A DNA stretch of 64,000 bases from Hormiphora californensis. Lineage: Eukaryota; Animalia; Ctenophora. Positions 37,277 through 56,500 of the stretch are shown here, piece by piece. The first letter of the stretch is position 1; every line of letters begins with the position of its first letter. Position numbers and translations under genes: made by a program. Where the stretch lies: contig CM035358.1 in NCBI GenBank assembly GCA_020137815.1, positions 1,240,001 to 1,304,000 of the forward strand, in the 5' to 3' direction. The notes beneath the pieces are model-generated. The model had not been told where the DNA came from, did not search any database, and saw nothing but the letters and a program-made list of their open reading frames with translations.

Positions 37277-38247
37277 ATGAAGGTAGACTGTAAGGTTGTC
37301 CTACTTGGATCAGCTAATGTTGGTAAAACATGTTTGATACGCCGGATACACAAGGGAATCTATAGAGGTGAATATGAGAATACGATCGGGGCAGCGTTCT
37401 GTGCGAAACGAATTAACTTGGATGGCCACTCGGTAACACTGGTTAGTGCGTGTGTATGTGTACGTGTGTGTAACTTGTGAATGTTTATGTAATGGTTTAC
37501 AAGGTGGTAATTGCAATGTAAGTAGAGTGCTCTTTGTCTAAATTACACACCTGTTAATTCCAGGGTATATGGGATACAGCAGGCTCAGAAAAGTTTGAAT
37601 CAATAGCACGCCAGTATACACGGGACTGTAACGCGGCCATCATTTGTTATGACGTCACAGACCGGCTAAGTTTTGATAGAGCTAAGCAGTGGGTAGCAAC
37701 CATACAGAGAGATGAACCAGACTGTGCAGTATACTTTACCGGGACGAAATGTGACCTTCCTGATCACGTGGTATCTCTTGATATGGGATCTGAGTTTGCT
37801 AGGATGGAGAACTGCCAACATTTTATGTGAGTAGGGGTGTGAGTATCAAATTAATTGCAGAAGAGTGGGGGAGGTCGGAGTAATGTTTGTGGTAGGGAAT
37901 CATCTTCCTAGTAGTCATTTCACTTGTTATTCTAACAATCTTCTTCTTCCTAGGCCTCTTGATATTTCTCTTTACAGTTTTTGTGTGGGCTTCTCTAAGA
38001 CCACACTAAATTACCTCTCAGACTCGATCTCTCCCAATTTGATTACCAAAATACCTCCCCTCTCTCTAATACCGATCTTTACAGGACGAGTAGCAAAGAA
38101 AATTTAAATGTGTCAGAGCTATTTTACAAGATCTCCCTCGACTCTACACGAGCATTTGAGGTTCTTCCCAGAGCGTCCGCCAGACAAATAGAGACTGTTG
38201 AGTTGTCACAACCCAGGAGAAGAGATACTATCGACTGTTGTAAATAG
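37277..38247 (+). CDS. RAB24: Rab GTPase, Rab24-like (exons 37277-37441, 37564-37827, 38085-38247)
   Basis: GSANVGKT, TIGAAF, GIWDTAGSE, GTKCD, TSSK, C-terminal CCK. Confidence 0.82.
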
Positions 38248-38552
38248 CAAATGGTGTACCGTCAATCTGCATGCCTCTATTGAACTGTGTTGAAGTACAG
38301 TTATTTTATATAGGATGTGTAACTAAAATTTAGTTTGATTTTATTTTAGAAGCTCAAAAATTTGCTCCGTTATTCAGTTTTTAGATCACCCACAATTGTA
38401 TTTTTACAGTTATTTTGTTCTCACATGCTCTTTTACGATTCTTTACACTACCCTTGTTTCATTCCAATTTGAGTTCCAATACATATACCTCAAGTTTCGT
38501 GTTAATTACCTAATTAACGAGTCATTATGTGTTAGTAGGGGTTTCAGGCACA

Positions 38553-46816
<8,264 letters not shown>

Positions 46817-48241
46817 AACGAAAAAAACTTTTTGTCAGAAATATTCTGACCTGATATTGGGAAGTGAGAATTCTTTTTCTTGTTAGGAGTTCCTTTTTGT
46901 GACCCTCTCTTTTGTGTGTTAGAGGGAAGCCCTGATAAGCATTTTTTTAGGGGATCGTGTTAAGAGATTGTTAAAATACCATCAAATCGTTTTTGTACAG
47001 AGCTCTCTCCGTTTCAGTCGGGGTTGCTATGAGTGTTTTTGTGTGTTTCTCTTCTTGAGCTATATATCAATTTTTATCATCTATGATTAACAGTTTGTAA
47101 AAACAATTTGTTTCCCATTTTGATCATCAAATATTGGGTCATCCAATAGGACATCCGAACCACAGCGGTGCGCAGCTGTTGTTTTGTTCGACCCTGTCTC
47201 ACAAAAAGGGTTTGAACAAAAACTATGCAGCGCTGAAATTATACATATCGGAATTCAGTAACGAATGACCCAATATTTTCCAAATAAAAAATGCATGATT
47301 TGCAAATATGCGAACATGAATTATACAAAATTTGGAGATCTTTCACAATAAATAAATGCCACTGTCATAATCAAACGGTTTATGGCTGTAATTCCCACAC
47401 CAAAACAGAGCTGTGTATTTTCATCTTGTAATGCTTTTGTTTATGAAGGAGCAGCAGTAAAATAATGTTTTATGAAGGAGCAAATGAAGGAGCACTTCAT
47501 GATGTACACCCGTTACACCCCTTCTTCTGTTTATATTCCGTAACTTTCTGGTTACAAATGGGGCAGATATGAATTGGCCGTTTAAACTTCTTCCATACGT
47601 GAGGCAGGAAACACAGGCTGAAATAAAGATGTTATTTGTACCGTGATTCATATAAAATGTTGCTGTAAAAAGTAATTGTTCAAAATTGAATGGCTATATC
47701 TTTCACCTTGAATCTTGATGGTCTATACTCACCAAAAAGGGAGGAGTAGAATGGCTGAAACATGGGTACACAGGGTGGTCTGATGGAGAACAGTTGTAAC
47801 GATATTCTCCCCACAATGCTGACACGTAGTACGGACTTGCGTGTGTCTCCTTAACTTTATCGGATTTTCCTGGGAATAGTGTTAGGAGATTACCTGGTCG
47901 CTATATGATCGTCAAAACCTCGTTAACCATGGGTACCTAGGACCTACACTAGGACCTACACTAGTGTCTATTCAGTCCGTTTACTTACGAAAGTGGTAGA
48001 GATACGATGGATTATGATTTACTGTGTAAATGTTCATCGTTTCATCATGTGTATTGTGTTGTATAAACTATAACAGCAGCCTATAACTGTTTAGGAATCA
48101 ATTACCTAATCATCATCATTCATGATCATTCAGATTGTGATAAGTGTGTAGCTTATTAGACCGTGCTGTGTGTGTCACTGCCTACTATATGAATATTCAT
48201 CACATCCTAATTACCCTATTGTGAGTGCAGTTGTGAGATTA

Positions 48242-48299
<58 letters not shown>

Positions 48300-48804
48300 T
48301 GTGTGTGTGTGTGAGAGAGAGAGAGTGTGTGTGTTTGTGTGTGAGAGAGCGTGACTGTGAGAGAGAGAGACAGATAGAGACAATTATAAGTCAGAAATAT
48401 CGGGCGAATAACGGCTGAGCCTCATGAAAAGTGGTGTCGCTGCACTTTACAACTACACGGGGGGTTGTGTAAATGTATGTACCACCACATTTCTCGTGAG
48501 AGCTCAAATTATCTATTTATCCCTGTGCCGTGTGGTGGTTTGAACCCTCATCATTTAGTGTAAAGCTTCTCCCTTTTCATTCCCCCAGCTGAAACTCTTT
48601 GAGCTTCTTTGTTGTTTCTCCTGAGGTCTAATTATAGTTGATGAGGGCCCGAGGACTTATTTATATTTCATTCCCTACACTAGACCCAGAGTTGCCTAGC
48701 TCGACCCTCTTTTCGCGAGCTCCGGAACTCGGAAGGCGGAAGGGTTAGAACATAACAAACCCAGAGATCCTTTGATAAGAATGCTAATAATCAGTATTTT
48801 CAGA

Positions 48805-49859
48805 ATGTTTTTGAGGCGCTGTTTTTGCTGTATTGTAGTGGGAGGGACCTTGTTCACAGTTCTAATTCTAATCCTTGTGCCGCCACCAGGTCAGTGCATC
48901 TTCTCAAGTGCTTGAAGTTGTGCTTGAAATTGTTATTGTATTCAGCTGTAATGAGCATTCCTTTTACCTCATATGTTCTTCTTTCAGGTCCAGAATACAC
49001 TACTCGACTGTCCCGGGATGATTACTACCGGCTACGGAGAAGAGCTGTCACCTCACCCCACCTCCTCAAAGGCCCTCTAAACTACAGTATCATCGAGGCT
49101 GACGAGTTTTGTGGTAGACTAACTGGTGGTAACCATGGTAACCATGGTGATCCGACCTATTTCTTTGTCATGATAATCAGTTCCTGGCCGAATACGGAAC
49201 AGAGGGAAGAGATAAGGAAAACCTGGGCGACCTACAAATGGTTTGACGACCCTTCTGTCAACTACACCTACAGATTCATTTTATCCCATCCAAACCAGGA
49301 TCAACTGGCGAACAGTACCCACCCTACTGATCTAGATCGGGATGACATCATCATCACTACGTTCCAGGAGCACTACTATCTGCTGGATATGAAGGTCATG
49401 TGGGCCTTCTCAGAGATCCTCCAGCAGTTCCAATTCCAGTATTTGTTGAAGTGTGATGATGATACCTTTGTTAACTTGTACCGGTTACCTCCCAAAATCC
49501 TGGAGGCCGGCGTGAATAGTGCCTACTTTTACGGGGGCCACCCTTTACGAACACACAAATGGACCGGGAGTAAGATTAACTACGCCGCGGGTAGCGGGTA
49601 CGTGTTATCCCGGCCCGCCCTGTGTTCTGTGGTATTTGCACATGCGGTGTATGCTCGAACAGAGAATAGGATCCCCATTGAGGATGCCTATACGGGACTG
49701 CTAGCTAGTAGGATGGGAATAATCTTAAAACCTCTGAGTGGGTTTGCTATGGAGCATGAAAGTTGTAAAGACTTTACTACCGTGATATTTCACCATTTGG
49801 ACCATAAACTGTTTGCTAGATTGCTACGGATAGCAGTGAATGGGACACGGTTCTGTTGA
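48805..49859 (+). CDS. GT31 beta-1,3-galactosyltransferase/GlcNAc-transferase family (exons 48805-48889, 48988-49859)
   Basis: Type II anchor MFLRRCFCCIVVGGTLFTVLILILV; REEIRKTW, KCDDDTFV, YAAGSGYVLS, EDAYTG. Confidence 0.9.
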
Positions 49860-50259
49860 ACAATGTTACACGAATAACCCAGGGTTATTAACCCTGCTGC
49901 AGTCTGCACCCGAGCTTGGGTCCCATGTAGGTCAGAGACGAGGTTAACCCTTGTGTACCCCCAATTCAAATGTACACTGTTTGTCCCCGGCTCCCACAAC
50001 AAGAACAATATAGTTTTTTTTTTTTTTTTTTTGGGGCATTAAGCTAAGGCGTACCAAGTCTCATACCACCCGGGTATAGACGGCATAGCCTGGAACCCTC
50101 CGTACGAACTCCCTTGAAAATTCAAGGGAGAGCAGTGCACATTGGAGGGCCCTACGCTTGTCTTGTGTCTGTCTTGGTCAGTCATTTAGATAGCTAAAAA
50201 CTGATCATAATAATACATAGATTTCAATGATTACGCAAGCTTTATCCTATAAAGTTACA

Positions 50260-50469
50260 GGGTCTGGAACAAGGTATCATTTTGCCTTTGAGAGTTTCTT
50301 GAGTTTAGTTTGGTCTGGAACAAGGTAACGTTTTGCCTTTGAGAGTTTCTTGAGTTTAGTTTGGTCTGGAACAAGGTAACTTTTTGCCTTTGTGAGTGTC
50401 TTGAGTTTAGTTTGGTCTGGAACAAGGTAACGTTTTGCCTTTGTGAATGTCTTGAGTTTGGGTCTGGAA
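50260..50469. repeat. ~51-bp tandem repeat, ~4 copies
   Basis: ggtctggaacaaggtaacgttttgcctttgagagtttcttgagtttagttt. Confidence 0.9.
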
Positions 50470-51106
50470 TCCCGATGTATACCGTGTTTTGAATAGTCAA
50501 TTACATTCACAATATAAACTTTACACAATCTGTGTACAGACAATACGAACAGGTGAACTTACAGAATTTTGATGGATGATTGTTACCGTGATGTTGGTTG
50601 GTGATGGGAATGGAGATGAGAGCCGAGAGGTGTATCCTTTTCCGTTAGAGATAAAGATAAACGAGAACAATCAAACACAAATAAGGGGTAGGACAGATTG
50701 TAGCACCACTAAAGTGTAAAATGTTCTAGAAGACAATTCGGATGAGATAGATAAGAACATTTGTTAGTTGTTACACGCGATAAGCGACTTAGTGCACCAA
50801 AACACAAGGATTGTCTCTGTAGTGTGGTGTTTAGCAATGTCCGCTATATTGGGAGAGGTGGGTGGGGGAGGGCGGGTGGGGGTGGGGCGGGGGGTAATAT
50901 TGGACAAAAATGTAGCTGTAATTTAGTGATGAGACCAGGCCAGGCCCGAGAGACAGTTCAGTGGTAACTGGGAGGTCATGTGTGATGGAAATGAGAACTA
51001 AAGACAGATTTGAGTTGTATTTTATTGAGGAAAACAGCCCTTTTTGGTGTCTGAGACAAGCAAAAGTGAAACGAAATGCAACGTAACGAACGAGTAATCG
51101 AACAAT

Positions 51107-51435
51107 ACTGCTAGCTAGTAGGATGGGAATAATCTTAAAACCTCTGAGTGGGTTTGCTATGGAGCATGAAAGTTGTAAAGACTTTACTACCGTGATATTT
51201 CACCATTTGGACCATAAACTGTTTGCTAGATTGCTACGGATAGCAGTGAATGGGACACGGTTCTGTTGAACAATGTTACACGAATAACCCAGGGTTATTA
51301 ACCCTGCTGCAGTCTGCACCCGAGCTTGGGTCCCATGTAGGTCAGAGACGAGGTTAACCCTTGTGTACCCCCGATTCGGTTAATTGTAATCAAATGTACA
51401 CTGTTTGTCCCCGGCTCCCACAACAAGAACAATAT
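51107..51435 (+). pseudogene. Duplicate of the GT31 gene 3' end and 3'UTR (49697-50011)
   Basis: Near-identical sequence with one small indel. Confidence 0.9.
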
Positions 51436-51612
51436 GTCCTAGTTTATACCAGTTAAAATGCCCTGTTTCCATGTTGTCGTAGGATGAATAATGTAACTTT
51501 AGAAAGGTAACTTGTTTTAATAAATGCTTTTAAACACCGTTTATCTTCAATTAACTCTTTGCTAAAATTTTCACTGTCGCGGTAGTCAAAGGAAGTTTGA
51601 AAAAGACAAGAG

Positions 51613-52244
51613 CTATATATCACTGAACAGCTGCTATAAAGCAGCAACCGACCGAAACAAGTAAACAACCAATCAGAACTCGTTATTTAGGTCACGTGAC
51701 TGGTTATCAGCCAATCAGGGACCAGTATTTACTGATTCGGTCGGTTCCTGCTATAAAGTGATGGTGATAGTACCTGTGAGTCGATAGTAGACACGCTCGA
51801 GATACTTCCACCACCTCCCACGGTGTTCCGTCGAGGTACCATCATGCTAGTTTGACAACTTTTAAATGCCCCTCCTGCTTCTGAAGGAGCAGCTCCATTG
51901 GGGGATGTGGGCAGAGTCTTGGGTGTTGTTGGCAGCGTCTTGAAAGTGTCTGGCTGATCTTCCTGGTTTCTGTGGGGGGAGGGAAAGATGTTAAAAGGAG
52001 GGATAAAGGACTATTGACAAAAGAACATAGTTGCCGAAAAAAGATATCCATGTGATTGTGTTTTCATTGCCCCCCCCCCCTCTTTCCTCTCTTCCCTCTC
52101 TCACCTAATATTGCTCATCATGATGGGAGCAGTCCTGGTAGAGGAAAATGAAACAGCGGACCTGTCCAACTCAATCACATTCACCTCTACCTGATCTTGG
52201 TCCATGATATCTCCTAGGATCGCCTCCTTATCTTCTTTACCCAT
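51613..52244 (-). CDS. Small orphan protein (~120 aa, Ser/Thr/Pro-rich), 3 exons
   Basis: ccaccATGG start with an upstream in-frame stop; MGKEDKEAILGD..SNIR|NQEDQPDTF..IDSQ|LFSDI*; consistent splice phases. Confidence 0.55.
51642..51750. mobile_element. hAT-like MITE, TSD ctataaag
   Basis: Family TIR and 8-bp TSD. Confidence 0.9.
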
Positions 52245-52827
52245 GGTGGTTATTTGTTATGTTCCGAGAAAGGGTCGAGCAAAGTGGTGGTGACAGGAAA
52301 AGTTTAGAGCACAGATTCTGCACAGGGCACAGCTGATGTAGGGATTGATAGGGAAAGAGCAGGGGCAGTACACAAGACAAGAAAACAACACACGTGGAAT
52401 ATGGAAGGGAGAGAGAATGGGGAAAATAGGAAAGGGAATACATGCACAAGCACATGCAGGTAACACGACACTAGTGATTCAGGTGCAGGTGACCAAGGGT
52501 TAGATAAGATAGAGACAACACGGCTAATATGATCTGGTGTATATTATGGGAACTGGGAAATGATGGTGCCGAGTCCAGGGATATGAACATTGTACAGATG
52601 TTAAACAGAAGAGATTAATCAAAGTAATATCCTCCTCTCTCCCCCCACTATCTTTCTCTGTCTCTCTCACTTCGTCAGTCTCAGTCTCCTTCTCTCTCTT
52701 TTATCTGCTACTCACTGCACAACACGGATAGTTTTACAGACGCACAAACAAAACACACATAGCAGGAGGTTAGGGGGAGATTACAATCTGGATGGGGATT
52801 TTGGGGTACTATTGTAGGAGGTTTTGA

Positions 52828-53024
52828 TGAAGCCCGACAAAATCTATTGGATCGGCCCTGAATAATTGAATTGATTCAATTCGAAAACAGTCGAACGACT
52901 AATCCAACGAACCGACCATAAACCATTTGACCTGCAATATGGTGGTGCCAGACCCCGTTTTGATTCTCAGTGCGCTTGGATAGGGTCGGCAGTGGCCAGA
53001 CAGAACTGATTGTGTCGGGCTTCA
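52828..53024. mobile_element. Inverted-repeat element
   Basis: tgaagcccgacaaaatc / gattgtgtcgggcttca. Confidence 0.6.
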
Positions 53025-53545
53025 TTACTTTTTAACCAAATTGAAATTGTCTAAATTAAACATGTTGCAAGTAAAATGCAGCGTATAAAACAAACATGAA
53101 AGATGTAGAAAAATAATGATAATTTGATCCCTAGCCCGTAGCACAAACACAAGAATAATAACGGCATATCATGTACGTGCCTGATAATTGTTCACTCTCT
53201 TTGACCCAAATACTCTACTAGCACTATACTACACCTACTAACTAATTACAGCTATATCAAGTATCTCCCGCAGTTTCAAATAGCTTATATTGATTTCTCA
53301 CACACGCGACAAAGATTTAAATAAAAGTAATAATACAATGGTAAACTAATAAAAAAGTTATAAATAATGTATTACTCTCTCTCTCTCTCTCTCTGTACAA
53401 GTTCTAACTAACCTGATCTTTGCAAAAAAAACTCCCATTTTAATACTACACACCTCTCTATAAATCTTTTAAATTATCTAATTCACTCTGTGAGGGTCTA
53501 TAACAGAGTTATATATAACAAAAACAAAGTTCTTATAATTTCACC

Positions 53546-56500
53546 TAATTGTCATTGTCTCTGAACTGGTCTAGCTCGCCCAGTACTTGTTTATTGTACT
53601 TGGAGCTAGATAGAGTGAGACAATTCTCCTCAGTAGATCTCGTTAGAAGGTATCCCTTGTTCTTCTTCTTCAGGACCTTCTGATCACCGTTCTTCTCTAT
53701 GATACTCAGACTATCCGTCAGGTCAATGAGGGCACCTGTGGAAGGAAGGGAGTGTTACAAAATGATGTCCAGAGAAAGTCAAAAGCAACACTTCACTTGA
53801 GTCGCTTGACACTGGTTTCCGTGCTCCGCAATAATAAAGTACAGTCGGACCCCGATTTACCGGGATGCTCGGGGGAAAGGGTTTTGCCCGATAAATCGGG
53901 GTGCCCGGTATATCGGGGTCAAATACCGTTAATTTCCTATATCGGGGGAATTTTATCCTCCCGGTAAATCGGGGTTCCGGTAAATCGGGGTCCAACTGTA
54001 TGAACAATTCAACACTTAACGAGGTATATTAGTAAATTTTTAAATTAGAGACGAAATAATTGTGTTAGTTGTGGTACATAAAATAGAGGTTAATCTAATT
54101 ACCAAGTAGTCCAGTATTGGCAGACTCCTGTTCAATAGTGACTCTAAGTCCAGTACTATCAACGGTCCTAATCTCCATCACTAGTCCATCTCCCTTGACA
54201 GTGACCTTGTCCGACTTGGTGTTGATTCGGAGGGGTCCGAGGTGTCGGGGTAGTCTCCTGTTCTCGGTGGGAGTGATGATGATGGAGTCGAGTTGGGTGG
54301 ACCCAGCGTAGACGGTGACACTCTTGTATAGACCGTTCTGAGGGATGGATAGTGGGGGTTAGAAGGACGGTGGGTTATTAGCTTGGGGCAATAGTAGAGC
54401 GAAGTGGGAAGGATCTTTTGAACTGTTGAGTTGTTGGGGTACAGCAGGTAGCAGGAACCGACCGAATAAAGAAATACTGGTCCCTGATTGGCTGTTAACC
54501 AATCACGTGACCTAAATAATGAGTTCTGATTGGTTGTTTACTTGTTTCGGTCGGTTCCTGGCAGGTAGGATATGAAACAAAAGGATTACCTTCTTCAGAG
54601 TTCCGTATATCTGTACATTATCAGTATCCAGTAGTGTGTAGCTAGCACCAGGCAGTAGTTTACCTGCCAGGCACAGGTCTTCACCTGACACAGACAGGTG
54701 CACAGGTACGTTCTCAGGTTCAGTGTCCTGGGAGAGGGAGGGGGAGATGTTAGTACTAGTGTCCTGGGAGAGGGAGGGGGAGATGTTAGTACTAGTGTCC
54801 TGGGAGAGGGAGAGGGAGATGTTAGTACTTAGTAAAGGTAGTACCAGTATCATGGCTTGAGAGGCAGCTCTAGATGTGGGATGTTAGGAGAGTGGTGGTT
54901 GTGTGAGGATAAGGAAAGTGGGCTGTTGTTGGGGTTTAACTTGAGAGGGTGAGTATTTGAGTGAACTGTGAATAATAAGAGTTGGATTTTTATTCAACTT
55001 ACCATTGAAACAGATCGGACACGTTTCCTCCTAGAGTTACAGTTATGAACATTGCAGTCCTTCATTTGGGTACTCTCGCCCCGGGACCTGTTCTGTATTC
55101 CACCGCCACACTCTGCACTACACTCACTCCACTCGGACCACATGGTCACCTCAGCGGATCTCTGGCAGATCTGGGTAGTGAACACAGGGTCTCTCCTCAT
55201 GTCCACTTCCCTCACAGGTAACGCCTCCTCCACTGGGTGCTGGGTTGGTACATGTCCTCTCCCTTCTCTGTGTACCACTACCGCAGTCAGCACTACACTC
55301 ACCCCAATCACCCCATTCGGTCCATTGTCCGTTAACAACGTCAGAACAGGCAGCCAGGTAGCAGGGTTCAGTTTGGACGGGTAGCCCGGTACATTTGGGA
55401 CCACCTTCTACTGGTGCAGGGGAGTCACATTCTCTGGTCCTGTCTCTAGTTCCATAACCGCAGTTCTTGCTGCAAGAACTCCAGGCGCTCCACTCACTGA
55501 ACCCGGGACAAACAGGTGCACCACATGTCTCAACCTCTACCTCCCGTTCCTCTGGGCATGATGGGTATCCGGCCTTGGGTGGGGGGTTGGAACATGTTCT
55601 GAATCGAGATCTCTGTCCAGCACATTCTGCTGTACAGGTGGACCATTCTGTCCAGTCAGTATAACCTGAGGGGAGGGTGGTTAGGAATCAAGTTACTAAG
55701 TTAGATCAACTCAAAAAGAGAGATGATAAATTGGATTCTAGAGATAGTTACTATGGTAACCATAAGTTAGTATTTACTATGGTTATAGTGGTTACTATAC
55801 ATTAGATACCATGGTAACTGCACTTACCAGCACTGTAGGTAATCTCCAGCTGGACTCTACCACTCACAGCTCCCATCTCATTGGTTGCCATCACCAGATA
55901 TTGACCCGTTAGAGGGCTGGTCAGGCTATCTGTCGAGAGGGATCCGTTACGGTGTACCGTCCACGAGTCGTCAATGGGTCTTGGGACACTACCACCACCC
56001 AGGAAGAACCAGTCAACCTGAACAATTGGGAGTTAGATATGACCAAATAAGGGCGTCACGTGACTGAACCAGTCAACCTGAACAATGGGGAGTTAGATAT
56101 GACCAAATAAGGGTGTCACGTGACTGAACCAGTCAACCTGAACAATGGGGAGTTAGATATGACCAAATAAGGGTGTCACGTGACTGAACCAGTCAACCTG
56201 AACAAGAGGGAGTTAGATATGACCAAATAAGGGCGTCACGTGACTGAACCAGTCAACCTGAACAATGGGGAGTTAGATATGACCAAATAAGGGCGTCACG
56301 TGACTGAACCAGTCAACCTGAACAATGGGGAGTTAGATATGACCAAATAAGGGTGTCACGTGACTGAACCAGTCAACCTGAACAATGGGGAGTTGGATAT
56401 GACCAAATAAGGGTGTCACGTGACTGAACCAGTCAACCTGAACAATGGGGAGTTAGCTATGACCAAATAAGGGCGTCACGTGACTGAACCAGTCAACCTG

